64,000 bases of DNA from the human T2T-CHM13v2.0 reference genome, Homo sapiens (GCF_009914755.1 NC_060943.1), one strand, 5' to 3'. Numbered from the stretch's first letter, positions 17,262 to 32,981 are shown. The notes: generated by a model from the letters alone, not told the origin. Program-made: numbers and translations.

Positions 17262-18556
17262 GTAGGTTAGAGTGAATACAACAGACAACATGGATGAGAG
17301 GCCCAAATCAAGAAGAAAGCAAGTCTTTAAAGTGATTTGGGAAGCTGTGTTCAAAAGGAAATAGTTTCTGGAAAGCCTGAAATTTTTAAAAATTATACTC
17401 TCACGTAGGGGCATCTTATGTCTTATGTTTATAAAATTTCTAAGAATTCTAATTTCCCTTCAGTGTTCTTCCTTCAAATTTACAGTGACAGCTAAAGTAC
17501 TATTCATGACATACAAAAAGAGTGCACAATCTGACTTTTTTCTTGTTTTTGTGGACAGAGAGAGATCTCCATAATTTTGAGATACTCTATGTTAAACTAT
17601 TTTTTAAGTTCTCTTTTTACATCACGTCTGAAATGCACGAGAGTGGCGGTTTCTGTTTCACTGGTTTTCTTGTTCATTTTTTCTGCACATTTCATCCTGT
17701 TTTCATTACCATAGTTTTGAAATATAGTTTGAAATTATAAAGTATGATGTCCTTCTGCTTTGTTCTTTTTTCTTAAGATTGCTTTGGCTATTCAAAGTTT
17801 ATTGTAGTTTCATGTATGTTTTAGGGTTGTGTTTTTCATTACTGTGAAAAAAGAACACTGGAATTTTGACAGGGAGTTTATTGAATCTAGAGATCACTTT
17901 GGATAATATGGCAGTTTCACAATACTTATTCTTTCAGTAGAAATAAAATATTTTTAAATTTATTTGTGTCTTCTAATTTTTTTCATTGATATATCTTTCA
18001 CTTAAAAGATTTACAAGCTCCTTGTTTAAATTTGTTCTAAAATTAATTATTTCATTGCTATTGTAAATAAGATTTTTTTTCTCTCTTTTATCAGACCGTT
18101 TGTTTTAAGTGTATGGAACCATAACTTATACTTGTATGTTAATTTTATATTTTTAGTTTAAACAAGTTTTAATGTACTGTTTATGTTTTTTTTTATATAT
18201 AAGATTACATGGTCTACCAACGGCAACGTTTTACTTTTGGTCTTCAATTTCAATGACTTTAAATTTTTCTTTTGACTATTTCTTCATCCACATACTTTCA
18301 GTGCTATGTTAAAATAGAAGCATTGACAATAAGAAACAATTGTTTTGCAATGGGGTCTGTAAATTTAAAGGAGCAAACACCTCTTCAAGATTTTATAAAC
18401 TGGTTTCAGAGAGCAAAAATAAATTTTTGTTTGGCCCCCCAATGTGATAGAATGCCCTCTGGGTTTGTGGTGAAGAAGGGTTGTAGCTTGGTCTTAAGGC
18501 TGCTGGGTTTGCACAAGGGTTCACCTTTAGTTGTCTTGTTAAAAGGGGCTTGGATA

Positions 18557-18987
<431 letters not shown>

Positions 18988-19253
18988 TCAGGATGTGATG
19001 AGAGTGGCTTTCACTGAGTACAAGAGAGAATTTTCCCAGGTCACTTTGGGTTTCTACGTAGGCAGAACCGGCCATGAACTGTGGCTCAGGGAGCTGGAAA
19101 TGAGTCATGGAACTGCCTCAGGGACCACAGTAAAGGCCAAGGTCTGCAGGCCTCTCAGCATAGCTATAAATGGGTGTCTTCCTCTAGGCCTCTGGAAGAG
19201 CAGGACCTCCCCCAGACTGTGACTGGGAAGAGTTTGGGATGGTTACAGAGTAA

Positions 19254-19745
<492 letters not shown>

Positions 19746-20805
19746 AAAGGCACTTATTTTTGAGATGGGGTCTTGTTACATAACCCAGGCAAGTTTTAGT
19801 ATTTTGACTGTAAGCAATTCTTTAATGTATCATGTAGCTGTCATTACCGGTGTAAACCATGATGCGTGATTCTCTTAAAAAGGCATTTTCATCAGGAATG
19901 ACTGATAAATTTTCTTGCTGTCAGGGGATAAGCAAATAGGATGCCTTTTTTTTTTATCTTGTTAATGTCACTCTCCATATAAATTTTTACTTTATTTTCT
20001 ACTTTAAATTTGTCTGCAATTTTAGATTCAGACATTTAGGGCAATATACTAGAATTTACATGTTGTGCCTGAATTAAATTAGGTAATTAGTATGCAGGCA
20101 GGCAAAAAGGAATTATAAAATTTTCAACTTTTGTCAGCCTATATCTAAATAATAACATAGTTTATTTCCCAAATATTTGTTTTATATATGAGGCTCTAAC
20201 CATATTCTGCTAAATATATGTATAATTTAGCAATGTAAGGTATTATTTGCTTCTATATTTGGATTACAGTAGTTTTATTTTGTTCAAAAATAGCAAACAT
20301 TTAAAACAAAAAATTGTCAGTAGTTTCTTTTAAAAGCTTATCCATTAAAAGTTTCTCATTAGCATCTCCTCTTTATGATTGTATTTCCTTTTCTCTGAAA
20401 TTTTATTGCCATACAATAGATATCAGTAATTTAAAATGCCTGCCTTCCGGGAATGCACAGTTACAGTCAAACATTGCAGTTATCTAGACAAATTATTTGT
20501 TAATGTACATTGATGTTGCCAACTAGATTTTATGAGTAAACATTTATTATTGTCTTGTAGTTCTATATTGTGGTTTTTTACTATAAATTTCTTAATATCA
20601 GTTTATTGTGTTTTTGGTTTTACTTATGTATTATAATTTTAGATAATTGGCAATTCTGTTTGTATACTTTAAGTTAATGTGGGGTTTAATTAAAAGATAA
20701 ATGGGCCATATGTCTATCACAATCAGATATGTGTGTGTTTATATCTGCAAATGTGACCCCAATTTTTGTTGTAGCTTATCTTGTATATATTCTTTCTTAG
20801 CTCAT

Positions 20806-21134
20806 TCTCTTTTTCTCTTTTTTTTTTTTTTTTTTTGTTTATGTTTTTGAGACGGGGTTTTGCTCTTGTTGCTGAGGCTGGAGTGTAATGCAGTATCTCG
20901 GCTCACTGCAACCTCTGCCTCCAGGGTTCAAGCAATTCTCCTGCCTCAGCCTCCCAAGTAGCTGGGATTACAGGCATGTGCCACCAGGCCTGGCAAATTT
21001 TGTATTTTTCTTTATTAGAGATGGGGTTTCTCCATGTTGGTTAGGCTGGTCTCGGATTCCTGACCTCAGGTGATCTGCCCACCTCAGCATCTCAAAGTGC
21101 TGGGATTGCAGGCATTAGCCACTGGGCCCGACCT
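20806..21134 (-). mobile_element. Alu
   Basis: T-rich tail and Alu body; the flank tcttagctcatt is repeated. Confidence 0.88.
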
Positions 21135-21378
21135 CTTAGCTCATTTTCAATGTTGGTTTTATCTTGTCTAAGTGAGTAGCCTTGGAAATAGTCTCATTTT
21201 CGTCCTGTGTTTAATGATGAATATGTATTTCCTTTGTGTGAGACAAACACTTTGTGATTTGGAGGTAATTTTTAAAAAGATTTATAATTTGGTATTTTTT
21301 TCAGTTTTTTAAAAAGTAACTGTAAAAACATGTAACATGTAATTTAGTTTCTTAAATCTATTTAAATATACATGTCAC

Positions 21379-21687
21379 AGCCAGGCATAGTGGTGGCTCA
21401 CATCTGTAAAACCAGGATTTTGAGAGGCCAGGACAGAAGGATTGCTTGAGCCCAAAAGATTGAGACCAGCCTGGGCAAAATGTGGAGACACCCTCTCTAC
21501 AAACATTTTTTTTCTAAGAAATAGCCAGGCAGGGTTGTGTGTACCTGTGGTCTCAGCTACTTGAGAGAATGAGGGGCAGGGTTACTTGAGCCTGGGACTG
21601 TGAGGCTGCAGTGAGCCATAATTGTGCCATGCACTCAAGCTTGGGTGACAGATTGAGACCCTGTCTCAAAAAAAAAAAAAAAAAAAA
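21379..21687 (+). mobile_element. AluJ-like
   Basis: Diverged sense Alu (ggattgcttgagccc) with poly-A. Confidence 0.85.
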
Positions 21688-22116
21688 GTTGTGTATTTCA
21701 GGTATGTTAACTATATTCACATTGTTATGCAAAAGACTTCTAGAAATTTTATATCTTGTAAAACTAAGACTCAATATCCATTAAATAACATTTACTCATT
21801 TTATGCTCTCTCCATCCCTTAACAAACACCCTTCCACTTTCTGTTTTTATGAGTGTGACTATTTTATATATCTTACGTAAGTGAAATCATAATATCTATG
21901 ATTTTACTACTGGCTGATTTCAGTTGACATAATATTTTCAAAGTGTATCTTTAAATGTGTCAAGATTTTTAAGATTTTTTTTAAGGCTGAATAATATTCC
22001 ATTGTATCAAATATGTCTTGAAGGTCCTATATTGCATATTTTAGATATAGATTAATAAATAGAATTGCTGTATTTGATAATAATTTTATTTTTAATTATA
22101 AGAAGTACATTTATAA

Positions 22117-22688
<572 letters not shown>

Positions 22689-23224
22689 CTATGTCTAATT
22701 AAAAGATTTTTCACTTATAGTTTCAGGAAATAATCGAACTTAATTTTATCAGTATTGATATTCAGTATGGATAATTCAGTATGGATATTCAGTTTTAAAA
22801 TTATCTTTTTTCTATTGTGTGCTCATGTCAATTTTGTGGGAGATTATTTGGCCATATTCAGAAGGGTTATTTCTGGGCTCTCTGTTCTTTCATCTGTTTA
22901 TCTGTCTTTTTGTCAGTACCACATTGTGTTTGTTATTGCTGCTTTTAATATGTTTCAAAATCAGAAATTATAATGCACCTTTGTTCTTTTTCATGGGTGT
23001 TTGGCTAGAGGTCATAATAAAATTTTAACATTTTAAACAATATTTCTTTAAAAAACTGCTGTTGGGATTTTTATGAAGATTATATTGAATTTGTCTACCA
23101 CTGTAAGTTGTATTGACATCTTTGAAAAACTATTATTTTTTGATTCCTGAGCAAACATATGTTGAAGAGTGTGTTTTATTTTCTTATATTTTTGGATTTT
23201 TTTTAGTTTTAATTTATAGCTTAA

Positions 23225-23592
<368 letters not shown>

Positions 23593-23718
23593 CATTCTTA
23601 AATTTAATAAAACTTAGTATGTGTCCTAACAGAATACACCAGATGCAAATAAGAATATTGTATATTCTCTTGCTTTTGACTGGAAAGTTTTGTACTCATG
23701 TGTTAAACCTAGTTGGTC

Positions 23719-24130
23719 TGTAACATGGTTTTGATGTTCATGTTCTCCAAACCTTATTCTGCAGTGTAATCCTTAATGTTGGATGTGAGACCTGGTGGGA
23801 GGTGTTTGGGTCATGGGAGCAAAGTCTTCATAAATAGCTTGGCACCATCCTCTTGGTAATCAAAATGTTTACACTCCATTAATTCAAATGTAAGCAGGTT
23901 TATTAGAAGAACCTGGCTCCTTCACCTCATACTTGCTCTGTCTGTTATTATGTGACATGTACAGTTACTCTTCGCCTTCAACCATGATTGTAAGCTTGCT
24001 GAGACACTCACCAGAAGCAGATGCTGGCACACACTTTTTGTACAGTCTGCTGGATTGTGAGCCATATAATCTTTATTTCTTTATAAATTATCCACTCAGG
24101 TATTCCTCTATATGCAAAATGATTAATACG
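23719..24130 (+). mobile_element. MaLR solo LTR (MST family)
   Basis: MST-type motifs (tgtaatcc..aatgttgga...ggtgggaggtgtttgggtcatggg; cagaagcagatgctggc; ataaattatccactcaggtattcc). Confidence 0.75.
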
Positions 24131-24604
24131 GTCTGCAATGTCGTCTAGGCTTTGTTTTCTTGTTGATTTTTTAATCTGAATTTTCTATTTATTATTAAAA
24201 ATGGGGTATTGATGTCTACAATTATATTCTATGTATTTCTTGCTTTACTTTTGTCAATATTTGCTTTATATATTTTGGAGACCTTATGTTATATATACAT
24301 ATACATACAGATAGGTAGATGGATATAATCATTATAGATTTGTGGTAAATCAACCTATTTTATGAGTATGTAATATCAGTGTTTGTCTCATGTTAGCACT
24401 TGACTTAAAACATATCTAATACACAATTGTAGTTACTATTTTCATAAAATGTTTTTTTTTTTTTTTCGCTCTGTGGTTTTCAGCCTATTTGACTTAGTGC
24501 TGAAATGATTCCCTTGTAGGCAACATACTGTTTGCTTTTTTCTTAAGCTAGTAAAGCATTTTATTTTTTCTTTTTATAATTTCATTTATTTACTTGTTTA
24601 TTCA

Positions 24605-24873
24605 TTTATTTTTGAGATAGGGTCTCACTCTGTCAACCAGGCTAGTTTGCAGTGTTGTGATCATGGCTCACTGCAGCCTCAACTTACAAACTCAGAAGAT
24701 TCTCTCATTTCAGCCTCTTAGGTAGCTGGGTTACAAGTGTGTAGCATCACGCCTAGCCAGTTTTTTGTGTATTTTTGGTTGAGACAGAGTTTTGCCACAC
24801 TGTCAAGGCTGTTCTCAATCTTCTGAGATCCAGTGATCAGCCCGCCTTAACCTCCCAAAGTCCTGAGATTACA
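24605..24873 (-). mobile_element. AluJ-like, truncated
   Basis: Diverged Alu reverse complement. Confidence 0.8.
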
Positions 24874-25091
24874 TTTCTTTTTATTAAGTAATTTAATTTA
24901 TATTTAAAACTGCTTCTTAAAAATGAAGTTACTGGTTTTATTGTAACTGTTTTATGTGTTCCTGAGTGGTACGTTTTTTCTTATTCACTGTTTTATTGCC
25001 TTAAATTTTATTTTAATTGTGTAGTGATGTGCTTCAATTATTTTTCTAATTTTGTTTTGCACAGTTTCTTTAATTATTATCTTTATAATCA

Positions 25092-25434
25092 TGTTGTCTA
25101 TTCATGTGTTTTCATGCTGCTGATAAAAACGTACCTTACCCTGGGCAAATTACAGAAGAAAGAAGTTTATTGGACTTACAGTTTCATGTGATTGAAGAGA
25201 CCTCACAATCATGGTGGAAGGTGAAAGGCATGTCTCACATGGTGGCAGACAGAGAGCTTGTGCAGAAAAACTCTGCCTTATAAAGCCATCAGATTTCATG
25301 AGACTTATTCACTATCATGAGACCAGTACAGAAGAGACCTGCCCCCATGATTCAATTACCTTCCACCACATCCCTCCCACAACATGTGGGAATTAAAGAT
25401 GAGACTTGGGTTGGGACACAGCCAAACCATATTA
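25092..25434 (-). mobile_element. THE1 solo LTR (MaLR)
   Basis: gttttcatgctgctgataaa...gacttattcactatcatgag...gggacacagccaaaccata is characteristic of THE1. Confidence 0.85.
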
Positions 25435-25555
25435 TTTTAAAAAATGGAGTTTACATTAAATATCTTAAAATTCAAACAATATACTTTAATTTAATGACAA
25501 CTTCAATTGAATATAAAATTATACCTCTATGTTTTTCAGTTTGTTATTAACATTA

Positions 25556-25884
<329 letters not shown>

Positions 25885-26030
25885 TTATTAACATATTTAT
25901 GCAGATTGTATTCTGTTTTAAATATTTTACAGAGGAGCTTTAAGGATTTTATGCATCATTATTATGATAGTAAAGATTTCTATATTTGTATATTTACATT
26001 TAATATAGACTTTTATTTTATATGTGGTTT

Positions 26031-26529
26031 TGTTAGAGAAAATAGGAGGCAGGAGACACCCAGTAGGTGAAACTGGAGGATTTTATTAAGGTGCACCCTG
26101 GCACAATGGATTCGCATCCAAAAAGCTGAGCCTTGGACTAAGGGCTTGTCTTTTATACATGCATGGGCCATCTAGTGGCGCAAAGCTCGTGGTGCAAGTA
26201 AGCAGGCTCACAGAAGCAGAACAGAGGCAGTTAATCAAACAGTGACAGGTTATGCTGACCTTGCAGCTTCATTGGAAGGGAAACATGAATTTATCAAACT
26301 AAAGCAGGCCTTGCAGCTGGTACATGTCTTACTCAAGCTCGTCTTGTAACCTTGTCATGTTATCCAGAACAGAGAAACTGGAGTTGTTGTGAAGTAACCT
26401 TGAGTTTCACTAAGGAAGGATTACTAAGGGGAGGAGGAAGCTAGGAGAGGAGGAAAAATTGTTTTTCCCATCATTGCTCTATGGGAGGAGAGGGGATAAG
26501 GACTAGTTTTCTTTACAACCTCTACTTCA
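26031..26529 (-). repeat. 3' LTR
   Basis: Homologous to 32431-32981; adjacent to the PPT (tttcccccttt on +). Confidence 0.9.
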
Positions 26530-26699
26530 TTTCCCCCTTTGACGCTTTTTATAAATGACGTTTAATAGCATCACTATGACTTAATTTTTCATGAAAAGGC
26601 AAGTTTTCTTCATTTGGCAAAGGCTGATATTTAGTTAGGGTCATTAGTTGTGTAGTAGTTTGCCTGGTTACAAGAGCCTCTGTGGCCGTTTAGATGTTT

Positions 26700-27522
26700 T
26701 TGACAAGGAGAGGTAAGAGACAAGGGAGTATGAGGCAGACTCCTAATATGGCTAGAACTATTCTTACTAAGGTTTTAAATTCTCCAAGGGATGAGAACTA
26801 ACCCCTGAAGAGGGAATCTGGAGACCATCCTTTCTAAGTCTTGACTGGAATATGGGCTAATTTTTGGATTCTTGCAGCTTTTTGTTTGACGACCTTTCCA
26901 TTGTCATCGATTTTTAGACAGCAATTAGTTAGGCTGAACTTTCTACATACTCCTCCCTCTTGGGCTAGGAGGTAGTCTAAAGCCAGTCTATTTTGATAAA
27001 CGGCATTTCTCATTTCTGTAGATTTCCGAGCCAGCAAATTTAAGGCTCTTGCAGTATCATTCGTAATGATCTCCAGTACTGCCTGCAACCATATGATGTG
27101 ATTTAGCATGTAAATAGGGGTGCGGTATCTCCATGATCCATCTGCCCATGTGGCTGGGCCATAGTATTGCATTATTCTTTCAGGTGGCCATTCATTATCT
27201 TTAATTCTTTATGGTTATTCCCCTTTTATTTCTTTTGACCTGACATGAACCTCCAACTAGGTTCTAGGTAAGGACTTTGGGTCATAACATATATAAGGCT
27301 GGCCACTTCCTGGGTTGCAGATTGAGTAGGTTATCTGGTTGTGTGTACAAGTTCCTCAATGGGTCCCTGCATACCTATAATAAGTGGTAGAACAGGGTTC
27401 TAGTCATGGTGCTTCCTGTCTACGTATTGTCAGTGCAGTGGGGGCATCCTTCTAAGGATTCTCCCTTTAACGTGGTTAAAGGGAATAGCAAAAGTAATGA
27501 ATAACATGTTTATACCTAGCAT
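26700..27522 (-). pseudogene. ERV3-like env remnant; most of SU deleted near 27200-27225
   Basis: Starts MLGINMLFIT (ERV3 Env begins MLGMNMLLIT). The TM segment has QYYGPATW, the immunosuppressive motif [17 protein letters not shown] and CX6CC. Stops are present. Confidence 0.88.
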
Positions 27523-27819
27523 GGAGAGAAGAGGTCCTTTCCTAGAGGAGGAGGTTGAGCAAAGCAACAGGACAATAGTAAAACAATTAATATTACAAGG
27601 AAAGTTTCCAGACGTAAGATTTCTAACCACTTTTACTTTCCTGATGATGCCTCGAGCTTTGGCCGTACATAGACGAGTCAGCTTCTGGGGTGACTAGAAC
27701 AGGGCTGTTGTTTCCTCAAGCTTCCACCGTGTGTAGACTGGTCAGCTTCTGAAGTGACCAGAGCAGGGCTGTTGTAGTCTTCATTGGCACCTCGGTCCCA
27801 TCATAGGATCAGCTGGGTT

Positions 27820-29970
27820 GGATGGCCTGGGTCCTTCTGGCTGGTCCACTTGTCTTGGGCTACCAGTTTCAGCCAACTGTGGTGAATCCAAGGCACGATT
27901 CCTGCAACTTTAGCAGCAGTGAGTAGACAAGATTACAATATGGGGCCCATCCCATATGGGTCCCAGTGTTGTTGGATTCCATTTTTTAAACTAAACAGAG
28001 TCCCCGGGTCTAAAGGGATAAATTGGGTCTGTGAGGCTTATGGGCATTCTTTCCCATACCCAGCCATGAATTTTTTGCATGGCTATTCTTAAAGCCTGCA
28101 TCTCTCTCCTTAAGGCTAATTCCTCTAGTTCACAGAGATCACCTTTAAATTGGCCGAACAAGATCTCATAGGTGAATACCCAGTTTGTTTGGTGGGGGTG
28201 TACCTCACTCGGAGGAGGACCATGGGCAGGACCTGATCCCACCTTAGATGAGTTTCTTGGCAAAATTTTTTTAGTAGCTGTTTGAGTGTCTGGTTCATGT
28301 GTTCCACTTTTTCTGAGCTCTGTGGCCAGTAGGCTATGTGTAACTTCCACTTTATTTTCAATAACTGTGTTAGTTCTTGAACTATCTTGGCTATGAATGC
28401 TGGTCCATTGTCTGACGCTAGAGTCAGGGGCAGTCCAAATCCGGGGATAATGTCTCTTAACAGTACTTTAGTTACTTCTCGTGCTTTCTCAGTCCTGATG
28501 GGGAAAGCCTTGACCCATCCTGAAAAGGTGCAGACAAGTACTAACATGTTTCAATATCCCCCTGCTTGGGGCAACCCATAAGCAGATTTTCACAAGGTGC
28601 GGCCCCTATTTCCTGCATTCCCAGGGTCCTGGTGGGCCCCTGTATTAGGTTGTTCTGGGCACAAGTTAGGCATTGTTCACAAATGGCTCATGTGATGGCA
28701 GTGAGCCGTGGCACATAGAAGTGGTGTCCTAATAGCATCTCTAGTGCCGTTTTTCCCATGTGAGTTCCTTGGTGGAATTGCCTCACAAATTTGGAGGCCA
28801 CCATTTCAGGGATGGCTAGTCTCACATTAGATAATTTCCACCATCCTCCTTCAATATGTTCTCCAGATTCTTGGGCAAACCAGGCCCTGTCACTTAGAGA
28901 GTAACTCCGGGTCTCCTGGAGGGGAGATTGCAGGAGGAGAGGCATGGTCAGGGCTTCTTTTCTAGAGTGTGGAGCAGTCAATGCTGTCTGTCTTGCTTCT
29001 CTGTCTGCTTTTCCATTTCCCTTGGCCTCCTGTGTCCCTGACTTCTGGTGTCCTTTATAGTGCATAACAGCTACCTTCTCTGGGGCTCATACAGCATCTA
29101 AGAGCTGTATAATTTCTTCTTTGTATTTATTTCTTTGCCCCTGGCAGTTAAAACTCCTCTCTCCTTATATATAGCAATGTGGCAAAAGCATATTTGGAAT
29201 CAGTATAAATATTGATCTTTTTGTCCTTTGCTAGCAAAAGGGCTCTTGTTAGAGCTATCAGCTCTGCTTTTTGGGCTGAAGTTTCTGTGGGCAGAGACTG
29301 AGCTTCCACCACTGAGTGCAATGTTACTACTGCATACCCGGCCCATTGGACTCCTTCCAGTACAAAACTGCTTCTATCTGTAAAGTACTCGATATCTGGG
29401 TCCCTGAGGGGTTGGTCTGTAAGATCTCTCCAGCTTGAGAATACCTCATCAACTGTGTCTATACAGCAATGAAGAGGGCCTCCTGGTTCTGATTGAATTG
29501 GGAGCAAAATAGCTGGGTTTAGAGTGTTCACAGTCTCTAGAGTTACGTGAGGATTTTTACATAGAAGCCCTTGATACCAACTCATTATTGGATTTGATAA
29601 CCAATGGTGCCCTCTCTGATCGATTAATGTTATAACTCAGTGCGATACTCAGGTGGTTAGTTGCTGTCCTAGAGTTAGTTTGTCAGCTTCCCATGCCAGT
29701 AGGGCTGTGGCAGCTAATGCTTTGAAGCATGGGGGCCATCCCAGCGCCATGGAGTCCAACTGCCTGGATAAGTATGCCACCAGGCGATGCCATGATCCCG
29801 TGACCTGAGTTAGGACTCCTATAGCCATTCCCTTTCACTCATGGGCCTATAGAAAGAAAGGCTTAGTTAGACCTGGCAGTCCTAAGGCTGGAGCCCTAGT
29901 TAAGGCTTCTTTGATTTGTTTAAATGCCTTTTCCTGGTCTGCCTCCCAGAGGAGGGACTTCTTCCCCCCC
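27820..29970 (-). pseudogene. pol remnant (RT connection, RNase H, integrase)
   Basis: ORFs 29148..29585 (YFTD..SAQKAELIALTRAL..YTDSKYAF), 28688..29065 and 28125..28547 (SDNGPAF..HIAYWPQSS..VEHMNQTLK); frameshifted. Confidence 0.9.
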
Positions 29971-30032
29971 TCCCCCACTTCTAATGTGACCATGGGCTCC
30001 TGGGGGCCTAGGGAGAAGGAACCCGGTTGGTC

Positions 30033-31718
30033 CTAGTCCTCATATTCTTAATTCTCTGCCAGCCCGATCAGGTCGGCATCTGGCTCCCTCAGGGTGTGGC
30101 AGCCCTTGGCTGGGGGCCTCTTTGTTTCATAGCCTTTGCCATTCTCTTCATTGTCCTCTGGACATTCATTTTTCTAGTGTCCCTTCTTTTTGCACTGCAC
30201 ACATTGACCTCCCCTTAGCCTCAGCCATCTCTTGGCTCGCTGTTCAACTTGGCCTCTTCCATGCCCACACCCATGTGAACATTCGCGTCCCTTTACAATG
30301 TTAATTTTCCTTTTTGTGAGGGCTGCCGCTAACAGGTTGGCCTTTTTCCTAAGCCTCTGCTCTGTTTCCTTTTTTGCCTCTTGGTCACAGTTAATGTACA
30401 CCTCGGTGGCCACTTCTATAAGCTGGGTGGCATTCATGCCTGCAAAACCCTCTAGCTTTTGCAGCTTCTCTCTGATGTCACCCTGGGCTTGCCTTACAAA
30501 TGCTGCATTCACCATGCACTGATTTTCAGCAGCCTCAGGGTCAAATGGAGTGTAAAACTAAAATGCCTCACAGAGTCTCTCATAAAACTGGCTAGGGCTC
30601 CCATCAATTCGCTGGAGTACTTCAGAGACCTTCCTTATATTGATTGCCTTTTTTCCACCTTCCCTCAATCATTGCAGCTGTGCTTCTTAGTACCTTTGCA
30701 GGCGCTGAAGCTGGGTTGCGTCATTTGGGTCCCAGTTGGGATCTGTTTCTGGGAATTGGCCCTGAGCATATGCCTGGACATTAAGGGTGCCTTCAGGCAC
30801 ACTGGCTTCTAGCCAGCAGAGAGCTGCCTGGGCTATCCTTTGACACTCCTTCGTGTTAAACAGCGTTAGGAGGAGATTCCTGCAATCTGGCCAGGTTGGA
30901 TTGTGCATTAGGAAGATAGACTGCATTAGATCTATGAGGTCCTGGGGGTTCTCCGTGTAGGAGGGGGTATGATGTTTCCAGTTTAGGAGATTAGTGGTAG
31001 AAAAAGGCTGGTAAATAAAAGTCTGTTGCCCCCCTTGGACCTGGCCCTGTTCATCATAATAAATAGGTCCCTGTGTTTTCTGGAGGGGCATCTGCAAAGC
31101 TCTGGTGTGGGTAAATTGAAGGTGGCCTGCTTGATCATCTTGACTTCCTTCTTCACCTCCTGGGACAGGGGCTCAGATTTGCCCCTTTAGGGTGTAGCCT
31201 GGGGCATGATACCATCTGAGTTGGGCTGCTCAGTGGCCAGCCTTGGTAAAGGTGGGTAGATTGGTGCATAGGGAGGAGGGGTTTCTATCTCCTCCGGTGG
31301 TTCCTCCAAAACTGGTTTCTCCTGTCTTTCCTGTGGCTTTCCCTTTGTCTCTGTAGCTTCCAGCAAAGCTGATTTTTTTTTGGTGGCTTAGGCTCAGCTT
31401 GAGCAAAAAGCTGCCAGGCAAGTCTGCAACCATGCAGGTGGAGTCTGTACTATATTTAACCATGAGTCAATACAAGGGAACTGGTCTAGGTGCCCTGACT
31501 GTCCTCTGACCCCAGTTACCACCTTAAATACATAGCCAATTGTTTCCTTATCTACATTTCCTTCAGCTGGCCATCTAACATCAAAAGAGGGCCATTGTAT
31601 TTCACAGAGAGTTCTCAGCCTCTGGGGGTCAACTTAATTCCATAGTCCCCGAATAACCTTTCTTAAAGTTCCTTAACATACATGCTAATCGGGTGGGTTT
31701 TGGTGACTTCCCTCCCAT
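30033..31718 (-). pseudogene. gag remnant
   Basis: ATG GGA start (MGGKSPKPT) at 31718; capsid motifs YQPFSTTNLLNWK and HNPTWPDC; nucleocapsid CVQCKKKGH; amber gag-pol junction at 30033-30035. Confidence 0.88.
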
Positions 31719-32409
31719 TTCCTCCCCAATACAGCACAACACATTCATTCTTCCTTTTGATTCAGACCAATTAAACCATCCCCCTTGCAGGAGTTTTCAG
31801 ACACTGCTTAGCTTTGGAGTTTGTTAATCCCCTCACAATTACTAAATTGTGGGGCACCTCCATAAGCCGTATGTGGATTGCCACTAGTCCCGGTTGGTCC
31901 CACAATTCTCTCAGAGCGCACAGTCTATACTAAGAGAGCTGTAGCCCCCACATGTCACTGTCTGCATTGGTTCCTCCCAAAACCATCTCTTTCACACACA
32001 GTCACACACCGTCCTACTCCCAGTTTTCTCTCCTAACTGACTTCGCGAGCCACTCTTATGCCCTAGTCACTTGGGGTGTAAGTTTCCCTGAGTTTGCAAA
32101 CCATTCTTGCATCCTGTGTCAGTCTACTAGTTACACCTTGGAAGGTGATCAGGCTCCCCTTCCATCCTTATGGGACGGTTCCTGCCTTGGGCCCCAAAAC
32201 CTTACCGTGGTCCTGTAGTGCACTGTTCCTGGAATCATCCTGTAGCCCCTTAGATTCTGTTGTGCTGTCTGGGAGGGGCACTGGGTTGTGGGATAGCTGA
32301 TCCCTTCTTCAGGTTTAAGTTCTCCTGATGGCACCTGAGGTCATGGGTCTCTCCTGGCTTGGGGTCTCACACCTAAAGGCAAAGTAGACAGCAAACCTGT
32401 CATCTCCAT

Positions 32410-32427
32410 CTCCTGGCTGGCTCACCA
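32410..32427 (-). promoter_or_regulatory. Primer-binding site, tRNA-Arg
   Basis: The minus strand reads TGGTGAGCCAGCCAGGAG, 3 nt after the 5' LTR; one CpG-type change from the tRNA-Arg(ACG) complement TGGCGAGCCAGCCAGGAG. Confidence 0.85.
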
Positions 32428-32430
32428 AAG

Positions 32431-32981
32431 TGTTGCAGAAAACAGGAGGCAGGAGAGGCCAGTGGGTGAAACTAGAGGATTTTATTAAGGTGCACACTGG
32501 CTCAGTGGATTCACACACAAAAAGCTGAGCCCTGGACAAGTACAGGGCTTGTCTTTTATATGTGCATGGTGGCCATCTAGTGGCACAAGGCTCCTGGTGC
32601 AAGCAAGCAGGCTCACAGAAGCAGAACAAAGGCAGTTAATTAAACAGTGACAGGTTATGCTGACCTTGCAGCTGCATTGGGAGGAAAACAGGAAGTTAAC
32701 AAACTAAAGCTGACCTTGCAGCTGCATTGGGAGGAAAACAGGAAGTTAACAAACTAAAGCAGGCCTTGCAGCTGGTATACGTCTTACTCAAGCTCGTCTT
32801 GTGACCTTGTCATGTTGCCCAGAACAGAGAAACTGGAGTTGTGAAGTAACCTTGAGTTTCACTAAGGAAAAATTACTAAAGAGACAGGGAAGCTGGGAGA
32901 GGAGGAAAACTTGTTTTTCACATCCTTGCTCTTTGGGAGAAGAGGGGCTAAGGACTAGTTTTCTCTACATCCTCTACTTCA
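32431..32981 (-). repeat. 5' LTR with a 50-bp tandem duplication in U3
   Basis: Minus-strand TATA-like atataaaa near 32554-32561 and AATAAA near 32481-32486; 32661-32710 is identical to 32711-32760. Confidence 0.9.

Larger units (their letters stand above)
26031..32981 (-). mobile_element. Class I (gamma-like) endogenous retrovirus of the ERV3/HERV-R group, internally deleted provirus
   Basis: Two homologous LTRs with TG...CA ends; 4-bp TSD GTTT (26027-26030 and 32982-32985); tRNA-Arg PBS; polypurine tract; gag, RNase H, integrase and env remnants. Confidence 0.92.
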
